Counted from the stretch's first letter, positions 37,021 through 49,078 are shown. The stretch is 64,000 bases of DNA from an uncultured Chloroflexia bacterium (GCA_963700285.1 CAVOXA010000009.1:224001-288000), one strand, 5' to 3'. Numbers and translations: made by a program. Notes: generated from the sequence alone by a model not told the origin.

Positions 37021-39543
37021 ATGACCGGGCGCTATCATATTCACACCAAGCCAGCTCCACCAGACTTCACCTACCCAGCCAAGTTCCGGCTGGGCGAAGG
37101 CGACGATTACGTCAAGTATGGCCATGCCCCCTTTGAGCAAGGTCGCCGCGGGGGCGATCCACACTGGACGGCCGAGGTTATCAGCCAGACTTGGTATCAA
37201 GCCGAGACGGGTCGTATTCCCATCTCCGGCGCGGGCTACGGGGGTGCTTTTTCCGGCCCCGGATTCGACGGCATCTGGCTTGACATGTCCGAGATCGTCC
37301 GCCCTACCCGCGACGGGATCCACGGGCGCGAGTATATCTCCACGACAGTGGTCCTCGGACAGCGGCCGGCCGGCCTTTGCTTCGACGCGACGGGTCAACT
37401 GGTCTCGCAGATTCCACCGCAGGTCGAGATCCCCATCCCCACAATATTTGACCCGCTTCCGGTGCCGCTACCGGGAGACGGCGCCCAGTTGGCCGTGGTC
37501 CGCGCAGCTGCTCAGTTGGGGACACTGGCCCTGGTCCGGACCGAAGAATGGATCGACGGGCTCCAGGGCTATGCCGAGGCCATCGTGCCCCTGCTTACCC
37601 TCGATGACGATCCCAGGGCAGAGCGGCTGCGGGCGGCGCGAATGATCGAGATCGACGCCGAGTTTGATGAGAATATGGATGCGGTACTGGCATTGGCGCG
37701 CCAGATCCGGGCAGACTATCCAGCGACAGTGGTCGCCGTGCGGCTGGCTCTGGGTCCCGAAAGCCCGGCACAGGTGGAGGACTTGGCTGCCGGCGGTGTT
37801 GGGGTGGTCCACCTCTGCGCCGACGAGGGCGGCTATGAGCAGAGAGGTGACGCTCCGCGCTTTCTGTCCGATGCGCTGCAGGACGTCCACCAAGAGCTGG
37901 TGGAAGCAGGCCTGCGCGACCAGGTAACGCTGGTCGTGGGCGGTGGCATCGCTGCCGCTGAGCACGTGCCCAAGGCACTGGTCTGTGGCGCCGACGCTGT
38001 GGCCGTGGACTTTGCCCTGCAGGTCGCGCTGGGCTGTGCGTTGTGGGCCGATGTTCGGCGTCCTTGCCCGGTCGAGGACGCAGAAACCAACGTCGAGTTC
38101 GGTACCCAACGCATCGTGAATCTGATGGCTGCCTGGCGCGACCAGCTTCTGGAGGTACTGGGCGCCATGGGCATGCGCGAGGTCCGCCGTTTGCGGGGTG
38201 AGTTGGGCCGGACCATTTTCCAGAATGGGGAAGAGGAGGAATTCCGCAGCCTTTTTGGACACACAATCGCCGGGCACCCAGAGGCGGCGCCCCCTGAACC
38301 AGGCGATGGCGAGTTGGAAGGCGACCTGCGCTGGCCGACGCCCCTCATCTTGAGCACTGCGGAGCAGGGACGTACCGGACGGCCACCGGTCGCAGGGCTA
38401 GAGTGCCACGTGGGCCGCTCCGGCGGCGGCTTTGACCGCCTCCGCTTTCCTTTCGAACTGGAAAGCGACCGGAGCCTCAAGCCCGAAGCCCGAGTTGCCG
38501 GACTGCCTGGCCAGCAGTTTCCTTCTCTCGCCCTTGACCTGAACCGTCGCGATGCCACCCGCCCCCGCATCCAGATCCCCCATCCCTGGTACGGCGCGGG
38601 GATGTCCTTTGGCTCAGTCAGCGTGCAGACCATGCTCGCCCGCGCCTGGGCGGCAAAGTACTGGGATTCATTTACCTGCACCGGCGAGGGCGGCTATCCC
38701 GACGAGCTGATTCCCTACGCCGATCACATCATCACCCAGGTGGCCACCGGCTTGTTTGGCGTGCGCGAGGAAACGATCCAGCGGGCGCGCATCGTCGAGT
38801 TCAAGTACGCCCAGGGCGCCAAGCCCGGCCTGGGCGGCCACCTGCTGGGCAGCAAAGTCACCCCGGCCGTGGCTGCCCATGCGCGAAGCGGTAGTGGGCA
38901 CCAGCCTCTTTTCGCCCTTCCCCTTCCACAGCGTCTATTCCGTGGAGGACCACAAGAAACACGTGGACTGGATCAAGACCATCAATCCCCTTGCTCTGAT
39001 CTCGGTCAAGGTATCCACCCCCACCGACGTGGACATGGTGGCCGTCGGCAGCTACTATGCCGGGGCGCACATCGTCCATCTGGACGGCGCCTACGGAGGG
39101 ACTGGAGCCGCGCCGGAGATTGCCAAAAAGAACATCGCCATGCCCCTGGAGTACGCCATCCCCAAGGTACACCGCTTTCTCGAAGAAGAGGGCATCCGCG
39201 ACGAGATTGTGCTCATGGCTTCTGGCGGTGTACGCACGGCCTATGACATCGCCAAGGCCATCGCCCTGGGCGCTGACGGCTGCGTCATCGGTACCGCGGA
39301 TCTCATTCGCCCTGGGCTGCGTCCGCCTGGGCACCTGCGAGCGAGAGAACGGCTGCCCCTTTGGCATCACCACCACCGATCCCGAACTGGCCAAGCAGGT
39401 AGATCCCATGGAAGGCGGGCACCGGATCGCCAATCTATACACATCGTGGCGCATCACAGATCGCAGATATCCTACAGAGGCTTGGGTTGCCGAGCACACG
39501 CGACCTGCGGGGAAGGACCGATCTGCTGGTCTATCTTGCATAG
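37021..39543 (+). CDS. Glutamate-synthase-related FMN protein with two fused barrel modules; frameshifts near 38880, 39305 and 39455
   Basis: Module 1: WLDMSEIVRPTRDGIHGRE, GGGIAAAEHVPKALVCGAD. Module 2: GMSFGS, TGEGG, QVATGLFGV, QGAKPGLGGHL, DGAYGGTGAA, ASGG.R...DIAKAIALGADG, C-x5-C-x5-C; ends DLRGRTDLLVYLA*. Confidence 0.85.
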
Positions 39544-39613
39544 GAATCTGAGATTGCATGACGCAACACGCCTGGCATCATGTATAGGAAAACGCTGACT
39601 CGGAGCTGAAACC

Positions 39614-42288
39614 ATGAACCCACTCACAATCGCCGATCGCATCATTGCTTCGCGCCGGAGCCTGGTGTATGGGCGTCCTGCGCCGCCCATACACAAAGCC
39701 ACTGCAAGAAGGAGGCTGTGGCGTTGTTGGGCTGGCCGCCTCGGTGCCGGTGGCAGGCCGGCACCTGATGGCCCCTGCACGACAGATGCACAACCGGGGC
39801 AACGGCAAAGGGGGCGGCATCGCTGCCGCCGGGCTGTCCCCTGCACAGATGCGCGTCTCACCGGAGACGCTCCAGGCATGCCACGCTGCTCCAGGTTGCC
39901 TACCTGGATCCTCGATGCTCGCGCCGAGGTCGAGCAAAGCGCCATCCTGCCAGACCTGTGATGTACTGCAGGCCTACGCCGTACCCACGCTGGACGACCA
40001 CCGCGATGTGCCGGGGCTGGAGGTCAGGCCTCCGGATGTGTGGCGCTACTTTGTCCGGGCCAAGCCCGGCGCACTGGATCGCTTTCGCCGACGAGCATGA
40101 CCTGGAGGCTCTGGCGGCCCGACAGGTCGAGGACGAGTTCGTCTACCGCAACAGCTTCCAGCTCAACCAACGCTTCTACGCCAGCCTGGGCGAACAGCGG
40201 GCCTTTGTCCTCTCCCACGGGCGGGACCTGCTGGTCTTCAAGATCGTCGGCTATGCCGAGCAGGCGGCAGCCTACTACCTGCTGGAGGACCTGAAGGCCC
40301 ACGTCTGGATCGCCCACCAGCGCTACCCCACCAAGGGACGGGTCTGGCATCCGGGCGGCGCACACCCGTTCATCGGCCTGAACGAGGCACTGGTACACAA
40401 CGGCGACTTTGCCAACTATCACGCCGTTGGCGACCTACCTGCGACAGCGAAACATCGCCCCGCTGTTCCTGACCGATACCGAGGTCAGCGTGCTGCTCTT
40501 TGACCTGCTGGACCGCGTCTACGGCTACCCGCTGGAAGCCACCATCGAGGCGCTGGCGCCCACCACAGAGCGCGACTTTGAACTGCTGCCCCCAGAGAAG
40601 CAACGCCTCTACCAGGCGGTTCAGGCAACGCACCTGCACGCCTCGCCCGATGGGCCTTGGTTCTTTATCATCGCCCGCAGCCAGCCCGACGACCAGCAGT
40701 GGCAGTTGCTGGGCATCACCGACACCTCCATGCTGCGGCCTCAGGTCTTTGCCCTCCACGAAGGCAAGGTCCAGATCGGTCTCATCGCCTCTGAAAAGCA
40801 GGCCATCGACGCCGCCCTGGAGAGCCTGGCCGCCGAGGATGAGCGGATCTGTCCCGTGGCCGATCGCTACTGGAATGCGCGAGGCGGAAGCCACACCGAC
40901 GGCGGCGCCTTTCTGTTCACTGTCAGGCAGACTGCCCCGCGTCAGGCCGCTCAGAATGGGCGCGGACGAGAATTGATTGTGACCGACAAGTTCGGGGAGG
41001 AGGTCACGACACCGCTGGACCAGATCCACAACAATCCCAGTACCGCGACGCTGTACCCTCCCGTTCTGACTTGGACCGCGGGGGCACAATTCTTGACGGG
41101 CGGCCAGGAGCCCTCCAGTTGGGTCGTGGCTGGCCCCGAGGGAATTGCCGCCGCCTGGCATTGGCTGTGCCTGGAGATCCAGGCATGGGACTATGGTCAA
41201 TTGACCTGGTTCTGCGAGCGAATGGTAGCGCTGGCGTCCACCACTGCGGCACCACTGAACGGTGAGACCTGGGGATTTGTCGTGGGCCTGCTCACCCGGC
41301 TACGGGATCGGTCAGTACGATCCCGGTGCAAAGCGACGGGCCTCGATCCTGGCTATGGTGGACCGTACCCTCAGGTCCATCTTTGACACCGTGCCATTGC
41401 TGGCGGCCAGTGGTACAAGCCCTCTGCGACGTGTGAACTGGGAGACACGGGTCACGCTACGCGGGCCGCGTGATGCCGAGACGGTATTGGTACTAGATGC
41501 CTCCCGCTACCCGCCCGAGGGGGATGATTCGGCGGCCAGACTCATCGTCACAGCAGCCAGTTTGGGCTGGCGGCGCCTGGTCACCTACAATTGGCGGGGC
41601 GGACGTTTTTGCGGCTGCGGGCTGGGTCCGGGAAGCGAAGGGGTACGCATCGACGTCTATGGTTCCAGTGGCGACTACTTGGGCTCCGGTCTGCAGGGAG
41701 CCGAGGTCCACGTCCATGGCAGCGCCCAGGATCAGGTCGGCCAGATCCTCAAGGTCGGCAAGCTGGTGATCCATGGGGACGTGGGACAGACCTTCATGTA
41801 CGGAGCCAAGGGTGGGGAGGCCTACGTGCTGGGCAATGCAGCCGGCCGGCCGCTGATCAACGCTGCCGGCTGTCCCCGGGTGGTGATCAATGGTACCTGC
41901 CTCGACTATCTGGCCGAGTCATTCATGGCTGGCAGACCCGCTCAACGGCGGCGGCTTTGTCGTCCTCAATGGCATGGCCTTTGACGCCCACGGACAGATG
42001 GTAGCCCAGCGGACGCCCTATCCTGGCGGGAACCTCTTTTCACTGGCTTCGGGCGGGGCCATTTATCTCCGAGATCCCTACCACATGGTGGTTGAGGACC
42101 AACTCAATGGAGGAGCCTTCACACCCATGACTGAGGCCGACTGGAACTTGATGGTGCCCTACCTTGAGGAGAACGAGCGCCTGTTCGGGATCGCGGTAGA
42201 GTCGCTACTTACGGTGACAGGCAAGATTAGACGGCCGGAGGAGGTCTATCGCAAGGTAGCAGCCGTACAGTTGGAGGCTCTTGCATAG
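39614..42288 (+). CDS. Ntn glutamine amidotransferase domain fused to GXGXG (GltB C-terminal) domain; several frameshifts
   Basis: EGG-CGVVG, MHNRGNGKGGG, AHQRYPT, GAHPF, VHNGDFANY, TDTEV, DGPWF, DTSMLRP, ASE; C-terminal GSSGDYLGSG, GDVGQTFMYGAKGG, GNAAGRP, DYLAESFMAG. Confidence 0.85.
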
Positions 42289-42485
42289 ACCACAGGGTAC
42301 CATGGGCTCACGCCCACCTTGGCTGGAAGCTCCCATCCGCTTGTGGTCGGGTTTCTACCTTCCAACAACAGCCCTTCAAGCGCAGCTACACGAATGGGCA
42401 TTGTGCCCGGGGTACGACCCCCATGCTTTCACGAGCTATTATGGGAAGGGATGGCCTGCAGAATGCCGCACTGGCACACTTTTGG

Positions 42486-42950
42486 TCAGACCGAGTTGGA
42501 AAACGGCCGCAGATGGTAATGGGTCCCCGTGATATATCGCTCCAACTGCTCGATCATGAACTCTTGATGGGATATGATGGCCTTGACCACATCCCCGATA
42601 GAGATCACGCCGACCACCTGATCATCTTCCAGCACGGGAAGATGGCGCACGCGCTTATCGGTCATCAGGGCCATGCACTCCTCGGTGCTCTGCTCGGGGC
42701 TCACATAGACCACCCTTTCAGTCATGATCTCCCCAACCCAGGTATCTTTAGCCGACTTGCCCTGGAGGGTGACCTTGCGAGCATAGTCCCGCTCCGACAA
42801 GATGCCCCCCAGACGGTCCCCATCCATGACCAGCACCGCCCCGATGTTCTTATCTGCCATCAATTGGAGCGCATCGTAAACTGGAACATCGCACCCAATT
42901 GACCAGACCTCGTGGCCCTTGTTCCGCAACATTTCCCTAACTGTAGTCAT
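42486..42950 (-). CDS. CBS-domain pair protein
   Basis: MADKNIGAVLV, GILSERDYARK, IMT, RVRHLPV, GVISIGDVVK. Confidence 0.92.
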   Translation of the reverse strand: MTTVREMLRNKGHEVWSIGCDVPVYDALQLMADKNIGAVLVMDGDRLGGILSERDYARKVTLQGKSAKDTWVGEIMTERVVYVSPEQSTEECMALMTDKRVRHLPVLEDDQVVGVISIGDVVKAIISHQEFMIEQLERYITGTHYHLRPFSNSV

Positions 42951-43188
42951 TGTTGGCCTCCTCCTTCCGCCAGCGATCTCGGGCGCCATTATAGCACAAG
43001 ATCTGGCCTGGCGTCAACCGCCGGGTTCAAGGCATGGTGGCTGGTGGCCCGAGTCTGACCGCCAAGTCTATGACCCTTTCTGGGCTGCTGCATCAACGGC
43101 CGGCGCACGCACGGCTGGGTCGCGCAACAGAGCTACTGCTCAATAGAACATTTGAGCGGAAACGCCTTCTGTGGTACAATGGTCCCCG

Positions 43189-45672
43189 ATGGACACAGCC
43201 ACCTTTCTCAAGCAGATCAAGAACCTGCCCGGCTACCGGGACCAGGTCGTCCACGTCGAGCGGCTGCCCGCCCGCCGGGCGCGCTACGGCAAGCTGGACC
43301 GGCCCCTGCCGCCGGCCCTGGAGGCGGCCCTGCGCGGCATCGGCGCCGAGCAGCTCTATACGCCACCAGGCCCAGGCCATCAACGCCGTCCGCGCCGGGC
43401 CAGCACGTCATCCTGTCCACCGGCACGGCCAGCGGCAAGACCCTGGCCTACAACCTCCCGGTCCTGGAGGCCCTCCTCGCCGACTCCCGGGCCCGGGCCC
43501 TGTACCTCTTTCCCACCAAGGCCCTGGCCCAGGACCAACTCCGCGGCCTGCGCGAACTGGCCCAGGGCGAGCGGCCTGCGGGCAGCAAGCGCTTTGGCAC
43601 CTACGACGGCGACACACCCCAGGGCGCCCGCGCCCGCCTGCGCCGCGAGGCGCAGCATCCTGCTCACCAACCCCGACATGCTCCACCTGGGCATCCTGCC
43701 CAACCACACCCTGTGGGCCGACTTTTTCGCCAACCTGCGCTTCGTCGTCCTCGACGAGGCCCACGTCTACCGGGGCGTGTTTGGCTCCCACGTGGGCTGC
43801 GTGCTGCGGCGGCTGTGGCGGGTCTGCGCCCGCTACGGCGCGGCGCCCCAGATCATCGCCTGCTCGGCCACCATCGCCAACCCCGGCGAGCACCTGCAGC
43901 CGCCTGACCGGCGTCGAGCCGGTGGTCGTGGACGACGACGGCGCGCCCCGCGGCGCCCGCGACTTTGTCCTCTGGAATCCGCCCTTTGTGGACCAGGCCC
44001 AGACCGCCGCGGCGCAGCGCCAACATCGAGGCGGCGCGCCTCTTTGCCCGACTGGTGCAGGCCGGCATCCGCACCATCACCTTTACCCGCGCCCGCCGCG
44101 TGGCCGAGCTGATCCTGCTCTACGCCCGCCGCATCCTGGAGGACGACGCTCCAGGCTCTGGCGCGACCGGGTGCGCGCCTACCGCGCCGGCTACCGCCCC
44201 GAGCAGCGCCGCGAGATCGAGCGCGGCCTGCGCCCCGGCGGCGACCTGCTGGGCGTGACCGCCACCTCGGCCCTGGAGCTGGGCATCGACATCGGCGACC
44301 TGGACGCCTCGGTGCTGGTCGGCTATCCGGGCACCATCGCCAGCCTGTGGCAGCAGGCCGGGCGGGCCGGGACGGGGCACGCGCCGCGCCCTGTCGGTGC
44401 TCATCGCCCTGGACAACCCGCTGGACCAGTACTTCATGCGCCATCCCCGGGACCTGTTTGGCCGGCCCCACGAGCACGCGCTCATCGACCCCTCCAATCC
44501 CTACATCCTGGAGCAGCACCTGCCCTGCGCCGCCCACGAGATTCCCGCTGTCGCGGGGCTCGGAGGAGGAGGGCAGACCTATGCGACGCCCTCCGCTGCC
44601 CGCTCGCGCACCGCGCCGGGCGCTGCCGGGCCGTCGCCGGCGAACAGCCCCCGGCCGCAGCCCAGCCAGCGGCAGCACCCACGCCCAAGCCGCCGCTGCC
44701 CCCTGGCCTGGCCCAGGGCGACGACGAGGCGCTCTTCGGCGCCGGGTTCGTGCCGGCCATGATCGCCCTGGAAGAAAGCGGGCGAGCTGGAGTACCGTCG
44801 GGGCGAGGGTCGGACCGCTGGTACCCCCGGCCCGGCGCCTATCCGGCCCAGAAGGTCTCGCTGCGGGCCCTGGCCGGCTCGCGGGTGGCGCTGCTCAACG
44901 CCGCCGCAGACTACCGCCTGCTGGAAGAGATCGAGGGCACCATCGGCCCTGTACCGCGTCCACCCCGGCGCCATCTATCTCCACCAGGGCGAGTCGTTCC
45001 TGGTGCGCGAGCTGGACCTGGACGCCGGGCACGCCATCCTCGAGCCGGTGCAGGTGAACTACTACACCCAGCCCCGCGAGATCAACGACGTGCGCATCCT
45101 GCGTTCGGTGGCCCACAAGCAGGTCGGCGCGGCGACGGCGCACCTGGGCGAGGTGCGGGTCACGCAGCAGGTGATCGGCTACCGGCGGGTGCAGCAGTTC
45201 CGCGAGGAGGTGCTGGGCGTGGAGGATCTGGACCTGCCGGCCCAGACCTTTGACACGGTGGCCCTGTGGTGGGAGGTGCCGCCGGACATCCTGGCCCAGG
45301 TGCAGCGGCGGCGGACTCGATCCGGCCGGCGGGCTGCACGCCGTGGAGCACGCGGCCATCGGCCTGCTGCCGCTGTTTGCCATGTGCGACCGCTGGGACA
45401 TCGGCGGGCTGTCGACGCCGCACCATCCCGACACCGGCACGGCGCTGGTCTTCATCTACGACGCCTTTCCGGGCGGCGTGGGCATCGCCGAGAAGGGATT
45501 CGACCTGCTGGCGGAGCTGTGGCGCGCGACCTACGAGGCGGTCCGCGACTGCCCCTGCGAGGATGGGCTGTCCGAGCTGTATCCAGAGCCCCAAGTGCGG
45601 CAACAACAACGAGCCGCTGGACAAAGCAGGCGGCGCGTCCTGATCCTGGCCGATCTGCTGAGGGGTACTTGA
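43189..45672 (+). CDS. DEAD/DEAH-box helicase with C-terminal DUF1998 Zn domain (MrfA/Hrq1-like); many frameshifts
   Basis: [99 protein letters not shown]. Confidence 0.9.
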
Positions 45673-45913
45673 CTCCTGTCCTTCTGCTGGGTTTTGATTT
45701 GCTTGTGACGCTACCTTCGCACAGTTGGCGGATACACGCTTTGGCGTCCATCAGCGCCTGACCTTCCGCCAGCAATTCTAAATCTGTTGTTGGAACTTTA
45801 CTCGCTTTGCCATCTGGCCCCTCCGATCTCGCGCGATCACGACCAAGCCATTCCCCCACCATACATACGCTATCTCCCTTCGTTGAGAATTGCTGGAGCG
45901 CTTCCCTCTAGAA

Positions 45914-45942
45914 TTGACTCCTAGGCGCTTTTGCGATAGAAT
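45914..45942 (+). promoter_or_regulatory. Sigma70 promoter
   Basis: TTGACT-N17-TAGAAT upstream of ORF 46089. Confidence 0.5.
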
Positions 45943-46088
45943 CGCTTTTTACCCCTTTTGTGCTGGTGCTTGTGTGCTCTTTCACCGGGGCTGATCAGTG
46001 TTTTGATCTGGTACGGCATGGCAAAACCTGCGGAACGTGGGAGTCAGGCCTTCTGGTCGGGGCTGATCCAGGAGGAGGGAGGAACAAG

Positions 46089-46430
46089 ATGGCAAGTGAT
46101 ACGGAACTGCATCTGATCCAGCGCGCTCGGGCACTCGTAGACGAAGGCTTCTATGTGAACAACCTGCGCGACGTGGTCGACCTGTACCGGGAACCATCCC
46201 TTGTGACCAGGTGGCCCACGGCCCTTTTTGTGTTGCGGACGATCACGCTGAATATCATCTACGAATGGGACAAACAGCCCGTTGTTTCTGCTGATGCGGA
46301 CAGGGTTCGCGCTCAACTGCAGCCCCTGTTCCGCCAGGTCTTGGACCTACTGGCCAGCGACGCAGACGCCGCGCAGGTTTATGCCGCGCTGGACGACCTT
46401 GTGCTGGCCTGGACAGAACTCAGCATCTAG
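46089..46430 (+). CDS. Hypothetical protein (113 aa, helical)
   Basis: Strong GGAGG RBS, MASDTELHLIQR...; no family recognised. Confidence 0.65.
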   Translation: MASDTELHLIQRARALVDEGFYVNNLRDVVDLYREPSLVTRWPTALFVLRTITLNIIYEWDKQPVVSADADRVRAQLQPLFRQVLDLLASDADAAQVYAALDDLVLAWTELSI

Positions 46431-46488
46431 GGCTTCCCTGGCGACCCATTCGATCGCAGTTGGTCCTGAACTAGGGCGGGCCCAGTTT

Positions 46489-46527
46489 GTAGTGCGCGCT
46501 TCAGCGCGCTTCTACGGCGCTGAAGCA
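46489..46527. repeat. GTAG-type REP-like palindrome between convergent genes
   Basis: GTAGTGCGCGCTTCAGCGCGC followed by GCGCTGAAGC; related half site at 6634-6652. Confidence 0.45.
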
Positions 46528-46603
46528 TCTCCTGAGCATAGTCAAAGGCACCCCCAAGAGCGCCCACTGCGAAACAGGTTGTCTTATTAGGACCTGTTCT
46601 TTA

Positions 46604-48049
46604 TCACTGCTCCTGAACCCGATCAGGGCGCACGATCGGCGGCCTGGTCTTCCAGAAGCCTGTCGCCTGCTCAAAGGCGTGGGCTAGCTGGAGCACGCCC
46701 CAGTCATCGTGGTGCCGGCCCACGATCTGCAGACCCACCGGAAGACCCCCTTCCGTGAAGCCACAGGGTACCGAGATGGCGGGCAACCCCAAGACGCTGA
46801 TATAGTAGCAGGACTTCATCCAGTCGATATAAGTCGCCATTTCAACGCCGTTGACCTCAGTCACGTAAGGTTGGGTGACGTCAAAGGGCGGTACCTGGCT
46901 CACGGGGAAGACCATGAACTCGTACTCTTCCATGAACTGCCGGGTGCGCTGGTATAGTTCCGTGTGCTTGCGCTCCGCACGGCCGATCTGGGGGCCCGTC
47001 AGTTTTTTCCCCTCCTCGATGTTCCAGACAATGGTGTCCTTTATCTGCCCAGGGTGGCTGTCCAACAGATCTCCATAGGACAGCTCAAACTGCCAGGCTC
47101 GGAGGACTTTGAAGGCTTTGTCTGCTCCGGCGAAATCAGGCTGGGTTCGGTCGACCCGGCAGCCCAGTTCATCGAAAACCCCGCGCTGGTCCTCCAGCAC
47201 GGCTGTGACCCGTGGGTCGACGGGCAGCCCTCCGAAGTCTGGGCTCCACGCAATCTGAACACCGTGGAAATCGCGATCCAGCGGTCGCCGGAACCCCTCA
47301 CCTGATTCAGCGATGGAGATCGGGGAGCGTGGATCGGGTCCGGCCATGGCGCTGATCAGGAGGGCCGCGTCGCCCACGGTACGGGCCATCGGCCCTTGCA
47401 CGCCCAACGTTGTCCAAGCAGCCAGGCTTGGCCACGAGGGTACGCGGCCGGGAGACGGTCGGAAGCCGACCACATTGCAATAGTTGGCCGGGTTGCGCAG
47501 GGAGCCGCCCATGTCGCTGCCGTCGGCGATGGGGATCAGGCCGCAGGCCAGGGCCACTGCTGCCCCGCCGCTGCTGCCACCACAGGTCTTGGACAGGTCG
47601 TAGGGGTTTCTGGTAACGCCAAAGACCTCGTTGTAGGTCTGGGACCCCGCGCCAAACTCGGGCGTGTTGGTCTTGCCGATGGTCAGCGCCCCGGCCGCCC
47701 TGAGGCGTTCGACGATGAGGGCATCTTCCTCCGGGACAAAATCGGCAAAGATGGGTGATCCGAAGGTCGTCCGGATCCCTTTTGTGGGGATGAGATCCTT
47801 GTGCGCGATAGGCAGGCCATGCAGCGGTCCCAGGGGCTCGCCAAGCGCCACAGCCTGGTCCGCTCGATCTGCTGATTCTATGGCGTGCTCTGGCAGCAGT
47901 GTCACGATGGCATTAACCTCAGGGTTGTAGCGCTCGATCTGCTCGAGGTGCGCAACCATGACCTCGCGCGCGGACAACTCCCTCTTACTAATGGCTTGAA
48001 CCAAGTCCCGGGCGGTCATGAAGCAGATTTCCGAATTGGACACAGTCAT
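46604..48049 (-). CDS. Amidase signature family enzyme
   Basis: LHGLPIAHKD, GKTNTPEF, GGSSGG, GSDMGGSLRNPA, GPMARTV, GLPVGLQIVG. Confidence 0.93.
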   Translation of the reverse strand: MTVSNSEICFMTARDLVQAISKRELSAREVMVAHLEQIERYNPEVNAIVTLLPEHAIESADRADQAVALGEPLGPLHGLPIAHKDLIPTKGIRTTFGSPIFADFVPEEDALIVERLRAAGALTIGKTNTPEFGAGSQTYNEVFGVTRNPYDLSKTCGGSSGGAAVALACGLIPIADGSDMGGSLRNPANYCNVVGFRPSPGRVPSWPSLAAWTTLGVQGPMARTVGDAALLISAMAGPDPRSPISIAESGEGFRRPLDRDFHGVQIAWSPDFGGLPVDPRVTAVLEDQRGVFDELGCRVDRTQPDFAGADKAFKVLRAWQFELSYGDLLDSHPGQIKDTIVWNIEEGKKLTGPQIGRAERKHTELYQRTRQFMEEYEFMVFPVSQVPPFDVTQPYVTEVNGVEMATYIDWMKSCYYISVLGLPAISVPCGFTEGGLPVGLQIVGRHHDDWGVLQLAHAFEQATGFWKTRPPIVRPDRVQEQ

Positions 48050-48173
48050 CCTCCTTCAGGCTAGAGATGATCCTGCCACGGCTTCCCTCTGGATGTTATA
48101 GCACATTCCCGGGCACAGTTCAAGTCTCAAGGGCGTTGGAACGTTAAAACGCTGAACCAGAGGGAGAGTCATC

Positions 48174-48237
48174 TTGACAACATCGGGCAGACTGGTGTAT
48201 CATTTCGATTAGTGGAATACAATTCCACTATCCGGAA
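48174..48237 (+). promoter_or_regulatory. Promoter with tandem IclR-type operator boxes
   Basis: TTGACA-N18-TATCAT, then 15-bp boxes TTTCGATTAGTGGAA (48203) and TTCCACTATCCGGAA (48223), forming the IR TAGTGGAAT-N3-ATTCCACTA. Confidence 0.6.
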
Positions 48238-48295
48238 CGATTTTCGCCCAGATTCTTGTGGCGCCATGTCCTGATTCTGTCCTGGGAGTGCTACC

Positions 48296-49078
48296 GTGCT
48301 CAATGCCTCGTCGGTGGCAGCCGTTGATAGATTGGTGAGAATACTGGATAGCTTTTCGGCAGAGCAGCCGGGATGGTCCCTGGCGGAGCTCAGCGCCCAC
48401 CTGCAGTTGCCAAAAAGCACGCTTCACCGCTTCCTGGTAAGTCTTGAGACCCACGACATCCTGCGTAGGAACCCCGATGACAGGCTCTGGCGCCCCGGCT
48501 ACAGGCTATTGGGCTGGGGCGAGTTGGCGGAAAAGACCATCGGCCTGAATCATCTGGCCCGGCCACTGATGAGCGAGATCGCCGCCGCCACGGGAGAAAT
48601 GGTCGTGTTGACGGTTTACTCTGGACAAGAGGCGGTCTGTACCGAAGTGATCGATGCTCGCCACTCCGTCCGGCTGGCCTTAGAGGTTGGGACGCGGCGA
48701 CCCCTCCACGCCGGCGCATCCTCCAAAATCCTCACAGCCTACCTTCCTGAGGCCGAGGTCCAGGCTGCCATCCGAGATCGGGGCCTGCCCAGGCTATGCA
48801 CCAACACCATCACAGATCTGGAGGATCTGCAGGCCGAGCTGGCGAGGATCCGCGATCTGGGGTACGCCCAGAGCCTGGAAGAAACGGACCCGGGCGCTTG
48901 GGGCATTGCTACGCCCATCTTTGACGGTGGGGGCGCTATGGTTGGCGCCATCGGAATTGCCGGACCGATCCAGCGCTATACCGAGGATCTGGCGCGGCAG
49001 TACGTTGCCCTCTGCCGGGAAGCTTGTCAGCAGGTTTCGGAACAACTTGGCGTGCGACCAGCCCCTGACGCGTCCTGA
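48296..49078 (+). CDS. IclR-family transcriptional regulator
   Basis: SV.AVDR...IL, LPKSTLHRFL HTH, GTRRPLHAGASSK, R..GYA...EE...G...IA.PIFD. Confidence 0.93.
   Translation: MLNASSVAAVDRLVRILDSFSAEQPGWSLAELSAHLQLPKSTLHRFLVSLETHDILRRNPDDRLWRPGYRLLGWGELAEKTIGLNHLARPLMSEIAAATGEMVVLTVYSGQEAVCTEVIDARHSVRLALEVGTRRPLHAGASSKILTAYLPEAEVQAAIRDRGLPRLCTNTITDLEDLQAELARIRDLGYAQSLEETDPGAWGIATPIFDGGGAMVGAIGIAGPIQRYTEDLARQYVALCREACQQVSEQLGVRPAPDAS

Noticed and set aside
45452-45862. Minus-strand 136-aa ORF after the helicase
   Set aside because: It overlaps the helicase 3' end in antisense and has no recognisable motifs; a short real peptide cannot be excluded.
43189-46430. DUF1998 helicase as part of a DISARM/Druantia-type defence system
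   Set aside because: It is a single fused MrfA/Hrq1-type helicase with no methylase, PLD nuclease or second helicase nearby; a DNA-repair role is more likely.
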